Virus record (IMG/VR): IMGVR_UViG_3300020201_000056
Span: 1 to 37,085 of that record
Reading direction: 5' to 3' (one strand)
Length of the DNA stretch: 37,085 nt
Origin: a virus
Lineage: Duplodnaviria; Caudoviricetes
A program made the translations under genes and the position numbers. Position 1 is the first letter of the stretch. Each line of letters starts with the position of its first letter. Shown piece by piece: positions 16,433 through 24,515 of the stretch. Below the pieces are notes generated by a model. The model saw nothing but the letters and a program-made list of their open reading frames with translations. It ran no database searches and was not told the origin of the DNA.

Positions 16433-16699
16433 ATGACACCCACAGAAAAAAGATCAGCGGAGTTTGAAAGTTTTGATAGTTTCTTTGCAGGACTATCTAT
16501 GCGAAAGGAGAAGAACGCAATGATTTTTTACGAAAGATATATCCAAGCCTTCCTCGCCACCTCAATCGCACAAGCCATAGGAGAAGATAGGGAGAGGGTG
16601 GTGAAAGGATTATTAAAAGAATACAAAGGGCAAGAAAGCCAGATACAGGATGCAGCAAATTACATCTCCTCCCTAGACAAATTAACAGATGAAGAATAA
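16433..16699 (+). CDS. Hypothetical protein, box-modular family member 4
   Basis: MTPTEK...AFLATSIAQAIGEDRERVV...SSLDK. Confidence 0.8.
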   Translation: MTPTEKRSAEFESFDSFFAGLSMRKEKNAMIFYERYIQAFLATSIAQAIGEDRERVVKGLLKEYKGQESQIQDAANYISSLDKLTDEE

Positions 16700-16701
16700 C
16701 T

Positions 16702-17055
16702 ATGAAAACATCAGTACAAAAAGGAAAACTTTTGGAGGAATATGTTGCAGGCCAAATCAGGGATAAGGGGATTGATCTAAAGGCGTATCGCTCACACGGG
16801 TCAGGATCATCACCCACAGAAAAAGGGGATATTTGGACATCTATGATGATTTTGGGACAGAATGTTGGGATAGAATGTAAAAACCATGCAGCACTACACA
16901 TACCAGAGTGGTGGAGGCAGACTAAAAAGCTAGAGAGCCTTGGTAGAGAACCTGTGCTTGTTTTTAAGATTTACGGCGAGCCAATGAGCGAAACTAAGTG
17001 TGTTATTTACCTAGACACATTACTAGAAATGATAAAGCAGAATATAAAAAACTAA
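16702..17055 (+). CDS. Holliday junction resolvase, PD-(D/E)xK type
   Basis: KGKLLEEYVA...GDI...IECKN...WWRQ...PVLVF. Confidence 0.8.
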   Translation: MKTSVQKGKLLEEYVAGQIRDKGIDLKAYRSHGSGSSPTEKGDIWTSMMILGQNVGIECKNHAALHIPEWWRQTKKLESLGREPVLVFKIYGEPMSETKCVIYLDTLLEMIKQNIKN

Positions 17056-17056
17056 T

Positions 17057-17224
17057 ATGATAAACTCACACACGATAGCGAATAGAAAGGGATGGACAAC
17101 TAGAAAAAAAAGATTTTCTAAGGAACAGATATCAGAAATGGCTAAAACAGCAGTAATGCAAACACTAAGATACAAGAAAGCTAATCAAAAAAAGGGGTAT
17201 AAACAAGATGTGAACGCAGAATAG
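17057..17224 (+). CDS. Small basic hypothetical protein (55 aa)
   Basis: Starts directly after the resolvase stop. Confidence 0.55.
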   Translation: MINSHTIANRKGWTTRKKRFSKEQISEMAKTAVMQTLRYKKANQKKGYKQDVNAE

Positions 17225-17264
17225 CTATCCACATGTAGCAACACATATACTTGTGTGATATAAT
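17225..17264 (+). promoter_or_regulatory. DnaA-box-like site plus promoter for the HTH/terminase operon
   Basis: CTATCCACA 17225-17233; TAGCAA 17236-17241, 17 nt, TGA-TATAAT ending 17264. Confidence 0.7.
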
Positions 17265-17289
17265 CTATGCGTATAAATAATCATAAACT

Positions 17290-17367
17290 ATGTACACAAA
17301 GACTTCACAAACCAAAAAAACCAAAAAAACAAAAAAAACCAAAAAAACCAAGAAAGCTAAGAAATAA
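17290..17367 (+). CDS. Lys-rich micro-peptide MYTKTSQ(TKK)5AKK
   Basis: ATG 17290; TAA overlaps the HTH ATG (TAATG). Confidence 0.45.
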   Translation: MYTKTSQTKKTKKTKKTKKTKKAKK

Positions 17368-17663
17368 TGAGGGTAAGGGTATTGACTCAGGAACAAATAC
17401 AGGAAGCACGCAGACAACAGAAAGAAGGTTGTACAAATCGTCAAATAGCTTTATATTTCGGTGTAGGCAAGACCACCATCTGGGATAACATATACCAAAA
17501 TAGAAGAAGAATACCGCTACGCAGAATAACTTTGTTATCTAACATACCAAGTGTTATAATGATAGTTACGATAATGAGAAAGGAGGGATTTACATCAATG
17601 GATGTTTCAGAAATACTAAGTATTCCCTTGATAGAAGTTAATAAGATTTATAGCAGAAAATGA
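17367..17663 (+). CDS. HTH DNA-binding protein, candidate late-gene activator
   Basis: TNRQIALYFGVGKTTIW and TSMDVSEILSIPLIEV HTH-like motifs; directly upstream of the terminase. Confidence 0.7.
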   Translation: MRVRVLTQEQIQEARRQQKEGCTNRQIALYFGVGKTTIWDNIYQNRRRIPLRRITLLSNIPSVIMIVTIMRKEGFTSMDVSEILSIPLIEVNKIYSRK

Positions 17664-18118
17664 TAGTACCCAACCCAAATGGTGCAAACGCAACAGTAAG
17701 TGACCCAAGAGAAGAAGTAATGTGGGCTTCTTTTGTTGCGAAAGGGCTTAAAAATGCTTATGAAAGTGCAATAGACGCAGGATATTCAGAAAGCAATGCA
17801 AAGAATGTAACAATGCGAGACTGGTTTAAGGAGCGTTTAGGGAAACTGAGACGCAAGGATATGTTATCAAAAGCAGAGCGTAATTTAGAGAAAGTTCTTG
17901 ATACTTCTTACGAGACAGGGGAGGGTAAAATAATTCCAGATGTAATGAGGATAGTGGTTGATGTTTCAAAGACAGTTGTTACTACTTTAGGTAAGGATGC
18001 ATATAGTTTAAGAGTAGAGAGCACTGGTGCAGACGGAAAAGATTTACCACAACCAATAATAAATGTTCAAAGACACGACAGCATACAAGAAGATAAACAA
18101 ACTGAAGAAACGAGTTAG
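17660..18118 (+). CDS. terS: Terminase small subunit
   Basis: NAYESAIDAGYS motif, C-terminal TGADGKDL, overlaps terL. Confidence 0.85.
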   Translation: MIVPNPNGANATVSDPREEVMWASFVAKGLKNAYESAIDAGYSESNAKNVTMRDWFKERLGKLRRKDMLSKAERNLEKVLDTSYETGEGKIIPDVMRIVVDVSKTVVTTLGKDAYSLRVESTGADGKDLPQPIINVQRHDSIQEDKQTEETS

Positions 18119-19256
18119 AATTATCCAAGGGGGTACTTCAGCAAGTAAAACAATAAGTATTTTGTTATATCTTATTGCTTATGCACAGACTGATAAGATA
18201 AAAACACTAACAAGTGTAGTATCAGAGAGTATTCCCCATCTAAAGCGTGGAGCGATAAGAGACTTTAAGAACATTTTACAATTACACGGATATTGGAAAG
18301 AAGATAAGTGGAACGCAACCGACAGTATTTATACTTTTGAAACAGGAAGTCAAATGGAGTTCTTCAGCACAGACAACGCAGATAAGTTGCGTGGAGCAAG
18401 ACGAGATAGATTATTTATGAATGAGGCGAACAATAATACTTTTGACGCCTTTGAACAATTAGAGGTACGGACGAAAGAGTTTATAATGCTTGACTACAAC
18501 CCAACGAATGAGTTTTGGGTGCAACAGGAGTTACTAGGCAAGCGTGATGACTTAGATTTTATAATACTTACATACAAGGATAACGAAGCACTATCACCAG
18601 AGATTATTGCTTCCATTGAACAGAGAAGAAACAGAAAAGGTTGGTGGCAGGTTTATGGAGAGGGTCAGCTCGGAGAAGTAGAAGGAAAGATTTACAAAGA
18701 CTGGCAGATAATTGACGAGATACCACACGAAGCAAAGCTAGAGAGATATGGGCTTGACTATGGATACAGCAACGACCCGACAGCTATTGTTGCGGTGTAT
18801 AAATACAACGGGGGCTTTATTTGGGATGAGATTACTTATCAGAAAGGACTCTCAAACAAACAGATAGCCGATATTCTTTCTAACCTACCAGAAGCATTAG
18901 TTATCCCCGACTCATCAGAGCCAAAGAGTAATGATGAGCTTATGGCTTATGGGATAAACATTTTACCCGCACAAAAAGGGCAAGGTTCAGTAAATCAAGG
19001 AATACAAGTTGTGCAGAGCCAGAGAGTATCTGTGACTAAAAGATCAGTAAACATAATCAAGGAATATAGAAACTACTTATGGATTACTGATAAGAACGGA
19101 AAGATTTTGAACACAGCAGAAGACGGCTTTAATCACTGTATGGACGCTGGGCGTTACGCTATGCAGACACTAAACATAGATGTTGGACTCTCAAAAATAG
19201 AAGAATACATGCTTATGGAAGCCCGCAGGAACAGGGGGACTAACTTTGCTAGGTAA
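18063..19256 (+). CDS. terL: Terminase large subunit (PBSX/Terminase_3-like)
   Basis: QGGTSASKT Walker A, LRGARRD...MNEAN Walker B, GLDYGYSNDP, NHCMDAGRY. Confidence 0.95.
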   Translation: MFKDTTAYKKINKLKKRVRIIQGGTSASKTISILLYLIAYAQTDKIKTLTSVVSESIPHLKRGAIRDFKNILQLHGYWKEDKWNATDSIYTFETGSQMEFFSTDNADKLRGARRDRLFMNEANNNTFDAFEQLEVRTKEFIMLDYNPTNEFWVQQELLGKRDDLDFIILTYKDNEALSPEIIASIEQRRNRKGWWQVYGEGQLGEVEGKIYKDWQIIDEIPHEAKLERYGLDYGYSNDPTAIVAVYKYNGGFIWDEITYQKGLSNKQIADILSNLPEALVIPDSSEPKSNDELMAYGINILPAQKGQGSVNQGIQVVQSQRVSVTKRSVNIIKEYRNYLWITDKNGKILNTAEDGFNHCMDAGRYAMQTLNIDVGLSKIEEYMLMEARRNRGTNFAR

Positions 19257-19283
19257 TCCGACCAAGCGTTAATTTGTTAGCAT
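19255..19283 (+). promoter_or_regulatory. Putative late promoter 1
   Basis: AATCCGACCA-N10-TGT-TAGCAT; portal GTG 8 nt after the -10. Confidence 0.7.
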
Positions 19284-19290
19284 TCTGTCT

Positions 19291-21099
19291 GTGGACAATA
19301 AAATCTTTGCATATTTAGACAATTTATCAGACGCTTACAACGGTTCAGTAGAAGTTATAAGCGGTTTACAGGTCAACCAAAAAGAAATTTTAAGAAACAT
19401 TGAGTTCTATTCTGCGAGTAAATATTTATCAGGTAACACTGATGAGCTAGGCAGAGAAAAACCTTTTTACAATGTGTGTAACTACAGAGTGACGATAGCA
19501 AAAATCGCCACCGATTTAGACATAAAAGATATTAAGTTCGAGCCAGATACCATTGACCAAAAGACAGTAGTGGCGACAATGATGATTAACCGAGAGCTAT
19601 TTAAGTACCTAAAGGAGATAAACTTTTCAAGGACTCTAAACGAAATGGGACACACACGGCCCAAATATGGCGGTGTATTGATCAAGAAATTTGAAGGAGG
19701 CGTGGGGTCAAAAATAGAAGTAGTAGACTGGAGAAACGTGGAGACTGATCCGGTAGAAGTTTTGGGCGGAGCTATTATTGAAACTCACTATATGAAACCG
19801 TCTGATGTGATAAAGAAATCAGACACTTGGTATGCAAGCGAGATAGACGAAGCAATAGAAGCTCATGCCAAAGCTAGCAAAAACAAGCCGACAAAGATGA
19901 CGATTAAGGAGGTAACAGGAGAGTTCCCCGTGTCATTTGACCCAAACGAAACAGACAACGAGGAGAATTCTAATGACCCAAACGAAACAGATAACGAGGA
20001 GAATTCTAAAACTTTCAAGACTATGTGTTTCTACATGGCTTGTGTGGGCAAGAAAAAATGGCTACTTTATAAGGAAGATATAAAAGACATAAAAGATAAA
20101 TATAGATACTTAGAGTGGGAAAGAATACCGGGTAGAGGTCTTGGTCGTGGGGTAATTGAAGATGGATTTGAGTCTCAGTGGGCTATCAATGACGCTATGA
20201 TCTCAATGAAAAACGCTATGGATATAGCAGGGAAGGTTATACTAGCTACTACTTCAAGAAAGGTTTCAGGTAATGCCTTAACTTTACAAAACGGACATAT
20301 CTTTGAGCTTGAAGATGGTAAGACTATCAATTCCCTTAATCTTGCCCCGTCAGCTCTACCACAGTTTGAAAGAACAATTGACCTATGGAACACTCAGTAT
20401 AACCAAGCGTCATCAACTTACGACGCAAACACTGGTGAATCACCAACGGCGGGTACTCCTTACTCTCAAACAGCCCTACTTAATCAAGTAGCCAACTCTC
20501 CATTTGAATACAGACGAGAGGAGTGGGGTATTTTCCTCAATGAGATATTAAACGACTGGATATTCCCTGAGCTTAAAAAGAGGATAATGAAACAACACTA
20601 CCTTGTATCAGAGTTTGGTGAAGATGAATTGAAAGTAATTGACGAAGCTATCAACATCAAGAACCAAAGGCAGATGATGAAAGAAGCGTTGTTAGCGGGT
20701 AACCTACCAACCGAAGGAGATGTGGCAGGTATGGGTGCAGAAGTAAGCAAATCGCTATCGACTTTCGGCTCAAAAAGAGAGATTGATATACCAGAGAAGT
20801 TTTTAGATATTAAAGGTAAAATATCTGCTAACATCACTGGCGAATTAAAGAATAAAAGCGCGGTACTACAGTCACTTGATAGCGTACTAAAAACAGTGGT
20901 GTCATCATTCAATCCAAACACAGGGCAATACGCAGTCCTAGAAGACCCTACTCTTTCAAAGATATTTGGTTCAATCGTAGAAATGTCTGGTATACCTATC
21001 TCATCGTCTATGATGAAGTCATCTGCTGTAACAGCATCACCTACTCAACCAACACCAAGCACAGATTTATCAGCGATAACACCACAACCAACACAATAA
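19291..21099 (+). CDS. Portal protein
   Basis: 602 aa directly after terL; GRGLGRGVIE...Q...N pattern of podovirus-type portals. Confidence 0.85.
   Translation: MDNKIFAYLDNLSDAYNGSVEVISGLQVNQKEILRNIEFYSASKYLSGNTDELGREKPFYNVCNYRVTIAKIATDLDIKDIKFEPDTIDQKTVVATMMINRELFKYLKEINFSRTLNEMGHTRPKYGGVLIKKFEGGVGSKIEVVDWRNVETDPVEVLGGAIIETHYMKPSDVIKKSDTWYASEIDEAIEAHAKASKNKPTKMTIKEVTGEFPVSFDPNETDNEENSNDPNETDNEENSKTFKTMCFYMACVGKKKWLLYKEDIKDIKDKYRYLEWERIPGRGLGRGVIEDGFESQWAINDAMISMKNAMDIAGKVILATTSRKVSGNALTLQNGHIFELEDGKTINSLNLAPSALPQFERTIDLWNTQYNQASSTYDANTGESPTAGTPYSQTALLNQVANSPFEYRREEWGIFLNEILNDWIFPELKKRIMKQHYLVSEFGEDELKVIDEAINIKNQRQMMKEALLAGNLPTEGDVAGMGAEVSKSLSTFGSKREIDIPEKFLDIKGKISANITGELKNKSAVLQSLDSVLKTVVSSFNPNTGQYAVLEDPTLSKIFGSIVEMSGIPISSSMMKSSAVTASPTQPTPSTDLSAITPQPTQ
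19938..20009 (+). repeat. 36-bp in-frame tandem duplication in the portal gene
   Basis: Two copies with 1 mismatch (DPNETDNEENS twice). Confidence 0.95.
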
Positions 21100-21100
21100 T

Positions 21101-22156
21101 ATGGCAACCCGATATTTAGTAACAGGAGGAGCTTCGGTAATTTGGTCAGAAAGTAATACAGATATCTGGTCGGCTACTACAGGTGGTGCGGGGGGTGCTT
21201 CCGTACCAGTTGACGGTGATCTCATTATTTTTAACGGATCGTCAGGTGGTGGAACGGTGACACTAGGCTATTCTCCTACTGTAGCCTCTATAACTATGGG
21301 GTCTTATTCAAACGGGACGTTTGATGCTTCTACTTTTGATATAACAATGAGCGTTTTCAGTTGTACTGGAGTAGCAACCAGAACATTAAAGTTGGGTACA
21401 GGAAAATGGACTCTTAAGAGTTTTGGTACAGTATGGAATACAAGCACAATCACAGGACTTACGTTTGATGCGGGTACTTCTACGATTGTGATTGACCATT
21501 CCTCTACGACAAACAGTAAAACATTTTCACATGGTGGTTTGACATACAATAATCTCTTGCTTACAGGAACGGGATCAGGTGATTTTATTATCGGTGTTGA
21601 TGAATCACCAGTTACTTTTAATAACTTCAGGGTAGGTGTAGCACCCGCTGTTGTGCGATTTGCTGATGGTGCAACAATAACCGTCAATTCCTTTTGGGTT
21701 AGAGGATCACCCGGGGCTGAGATTACAATAGACTCCGTTACAACAGCAACTCACACACTTAACAAAAACACAGAAGGGCCAATGTTTGGGGATTACTTAA
21801 ATATTCAACACTCGGTAGCATCGTCAAATAATGTTTGGTACGCAGGGAATAATAGCACCAACAATCAAGGAGTATCATCACCTGGTGCTCGTTGGATATT
21901 CTCAGAGCCAAGTGAAAGTGTATTGAACGCTAACAAAGCAACAGTTCAGGATAAGTTAAACATAATGGCGGGGACTACTGGTAGGAGAAAGAGCGAGTGC
22001 ATGAATATTTTAGCGGGTACTTCGGGCCTTCCTTATCAAGACGCATGGAATGTCTTCGTTGGCACGACTGGTCAAAGGAAACAGTTTTGTGCAAACAAAC
22101 TTGTGGGGACACAAGACCTACGAGTAGGGGATTGCTTAGACCTTATATTTCTATAA
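21101..22156 (+). CDS. Gly/Thr/Ser-rich beta-solenoid-like virion protein with C-terminal 17-aa repeats
   Basis: Composition; NIMAGTTG/NILAGTSG/NVFVGTTG/NKLVGTQD repeats. Confidence 0.55.
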   Translation: MATRYLVTGGASVIWSESNTDIWSATTGGAGGASVPVDGDLIIFNGSSGGGTVTLGYSPTVASITMGSYSNGTFDASTFDITMSVFSCTGVATRTLKLGTGKWTLKSFGTVWNTSTITGLTFDAGTSTIVIDHSSTTNSKTFSHGGLTYNNLLLTGTGSGDFIIGVDESPVTFNNFRVGVAPAVVRFADGATITVNSFWVRGSPGAEITIDSVTTATHTLNKNTEGPMFGDYLNIQHSVASSNNVWYAGNNSTNNQGVSSPGARWIFSEPSESVLNANKATVQDKLNIMAGTTGRRKSECMNILAGTSGLPYQDAWNVFVGTTGQRKQFCANKLVGTQDLRVGDCLDLIFL

Positions 22157-22161
22157 TAAGC

Positions 22162-22389
22162 ATGGAAAACCTTTTAAAAAGATTCAATGGTGATCCTCAC
22201 ACAAAAGAAGCAGTCTTGTCGTTCATCGCCGATCATTTGGAGAAAGAGATTGTGAAGCGTGCAAGAGCTGGCCTAGACGTTAAGTCTCTCGCAGAAGCAA
22301 TTAATGAAGTAGTAAAGGCATTTGATAAATTAGAGAATCAATATGGAATACAAACCCCTAAGCCTAAAGAAACAAATCAAGCAAGGTAA
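22162..22389 (+). CDS. Hypothetical head-module protein (75 aa)
   Basis: ATG 22162 after the upstream stop; small helical protein between portal and scaffold. Confidence 0.7.
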   Translation: MENLLKRFNGDPHTKEAVLSFIADHLEKEIVKRARAGLDVKSLAEAINEVVKAFDKLENQYGIQTPKPKETNQAR

Positions 22390-22423
22390 TTTAAACGACC
22401 CACAAGAGAGGGAACGTATACTT

Positions 22424-22516
22424 ATGCGCTACGCTGGTATCTTCCCGAATAACATTGAGGAGTTTGCAAGCAAGTTTATCCCTCGTAATAAAAAGATAAA
22501 AAACCACGCTAGGTAG
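22424..22516 (+). CDS. Micro-protein (30 aa) ending NHAR
   Basis: ATG 22424 to TAG 22516; shares the C-terminal NxAR with neighbours. Confidence 0.45.
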   Translation: MRYAGIFPNNIEEFASKFIPRNKKIKNHAR

Positions 22517-22525
22517 TTGGTATTT

Positions 22526-22554
22526 AATCCGACCAAATTGACAGATGATATAAT
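22526..22554 (+). promoter_or_regulatory. Putative late promoter 2
   Basis: AATCCGACCA-N10-TGA-TATAAT upstream of scaffold/capsid. Confidence 0.75.
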
Positions 22555-22629
22555 CCTTGTGTTATTAGCATTGTGGTGAAAGCATAATCCACATAACAGC
22601 CTGCTGAGGGGCATAATCCAGCAAATAAA

Positions 22630-23157
22630 ATGTCTGAACAAGACGAACCGGTTGTAGATACCATAACATCTACCGAAGAAGAACCCGATATAATTCTTGA
22701 CGATGTAGAGGACACAGAGGACATCGAAGTTCTTAAAGATAATTTGGAAAAGGCACAAGATGCCCAACGCCTAATACATTTAAGAGCAAAAAAAGCGGAG
22801 GCACAGGTAAGAGACTTAGAGTCTCAACTGAAAACTTCCGCACATCAACCAATTAATAAACAACCAACGGATGAATCTATCCAAGCGATGATTTTGAAAT
22901 CACAAGGAATGTCTGACGAATTACTTGGAGAACTCAAAGTTATTGCAAAAGCTAGGGGTAAATCTGTTTTAGATACTGTGAACGACCCTATCTTTGTTGC
23001 TATCAAGAACCAGAAAGAACAGGAAGAGAAGACCAAAAGGGCTTCACTACCCGCTTCAAAGGGTGCAGGACAAGCAATAGTGAAGAAAGGGTTCCAATCA
23101 GAAAATCTAACAGCAGAGGAACACAAAGCTATGTGGAAAGAGACACAGTTGGGATAA
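22630..23157 (+). CDS. Capsid scaffolding protein
   Basis: Acidic N-terminus, coiled coil, directly upstream of the capsid gene. Confidence 0.8.
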   Translation: MSEQDEPVVDTITSTEEEPDIILDDVEDTEDIEVLKDNLEKAQDAQRLIHLRAKKAEAQVRDLESQLKTSAHQPINKQPTDESIQAMILKSQGMSDELLGELKVIAKARGKSVLDTVNDPIFVAIKNQKEQEEKTKRASLPASKGAGQAIVKKGFQSENLTAEEHKAMWKETQLG

Positions 23158-23169
23158 TAATAAAATAAA

Positions 23170-24111
23170 ATGGGTTTAGGAACAAATGGGTTTACAGGAG
23201 GTAATGGAGGTGACCTTACAGTAGACATACCTCTTGTATGGGGTAAAGTGATTAACGACTACTTCCGATTCGAACTAAGTTTGGCTAATTTCTTCATCGA
23301 CCGAAGTGATGAACTTTCAGACGGTGGTGCTGTGGTGTACACACCTAATATTTCCGCTTTGACAACAAACACAAAGGTGGTAAATGCAGAGGTTACACTT
23401 TCTTCACCAACTTTTACAAATGCGATTCTTAATGTTTCAACATGGAAAGAGGCTTCATTTGTTATCGAAGATAGAGAGTTGGCACAGGTAAAGAAAAGTT
23501 ACTACCTACAAGATAAAATCGCTCAAGGTGGTGCTTGGGAGGTTGCGCATGATTTGGAATCAGATATCGCCGCGTTGTTTACAGGATTTACAACTAACAT
23601 TGTAGGTGCTGCAAATCAAAACTTGGCGGACTCTTCTCTTCTTGCGGCTATCGCTTTGCTTGAAACAGTTGGAGTACCAATTTACAATGGTTCAGCAGCT
23701 TGGATTTTTCATCCAAACACTTTCTACCGACAAATTGGTTCAGTAGACAAATTGACACTATGGCAGAATACATCAACAGAGCTACCACGAGGCAAACAGC
23801 CGACTCGTTCTTTGTACAGTATCCCAGTTATAGTTACACCAGATGTACCATTAGGTGCTGGTGCTGTGGGTGAAAATTCAGCTCGACTAAATATGCTTGC
23901 TCACAAAGATGCTATTCATTGGGCGAGACTAACATTACCTGTAAAGACTGAGAAAGGTATGGTGGGATCAGAAGGTGTCCGAGTACAGCAATCTTATGTT
24001 CACGAGTATCTTGGAGATTTGGTAACGATCGATCTTTGTTACGGAAGCGTAGAAAACCGAGACAACGCAGGAGTCAAAATGCGTTCTCATTCTGTGGCAG
24101 TAGGACTATAG
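23170..24111 (+). CDS. Major capsid protein (P22 coat-like, HK97 fold)
   Basis: IPLVWG...GGAVVYTPNI N-arm pattern, 313 aa, followed by a strong terminator. Confidence 0.88.
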   Translation: MGLGTNGFTGGNGGDLTVDIPLVWGKVINDYFRFELSLANFFIDRSDELSDGGAVVYTPNISALTTNTKVVNAEVTLSSPTFTNAILNVSTWKEASFVIEDRELAQVKKSYYLQDKIAQGGAWEVAHDLESDIAALFTGFTTNIVGAANQNLADSSLLAAIALLETVGVPIYNGSAAWIFHPNTFYRQIGSVDKLTLWQNTSTELPRGKQPTRSLYSIPVIVTPDVPLGAGAVGENSARLNMLAHKDAIHWARLTLPVKTEKGMVGSEGVRVQQSYVHEYLGDLVTIDLCYGSVENRDNAGVKMRSHSVAVGL

Positions 24112-24140
24112 GTTCAATATTCATTATATATTGCCAGATT

Positions 24141-24161
24141 ACCACCTTCGGGTGGTTTTTT
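24141..24161 (+). terminator. Intrinsic terminator after the capsid gene
   Basis: ACCACC-TTCG-GGTGGT followed by a T run. Confidence 0.9.
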
Positions 24162-24166
24162 GTTGT

Positions 24167-24195
24167 TTGCATACTTTGTATATGTTATGTACAAT
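24167..24195 (+). promoter_or_regulatory. Sigma70 promoter for the glycan locus
   Basis: TTGCAT, 17 nt, TACAAT; ATG 24203 is 8 nt downstream. Confidence 0.65.
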
Positions 24196-24202
24196 ATAAG
24201 TA

Positions 24203-24514
24203 ATGACAATAAACATTTCTTCTAGGATGGCTCGTAAAAGTAAGGTGATGGACTTAGGTGGTAACATAATAGACTTATTGGACGAAACTAATGGTGGGTA
24301 CATTATTCGTGGGAGACAAATAGTCAATCATGAAAAGTGGGAGGAGATATTACAAAAAGAACGAGACAGGGTAAGTGCGGCACGAGCTATGACTGAAGCA
24401 GTCAGTAATCCTTCGTCAGTAGATAGAAACGTAAACCCAACAGAGCAAAATTCGTTAAGATCTGAAGTGGAAGAATTAAAAAAGACAATAGCGAAGCTAA
24501 CCAAAAACAAATAG
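24203..24514 (+). CDS. Hypothetical protein with C-terminal coiled coil
   Basis: 103-aa ORF, first gene of the locus. Confidence 0.75.
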   Translation: MTINISSRMARKSKVMDLGGNIIDLLDETNGGYIIRGRQIVNHEKWEEILQKERDRVSAARAMTEAVSNPSSVDRNVNPTEQNSLRSEVEELKKTIAKLTKNK

Positions 24515-24515
24515 G

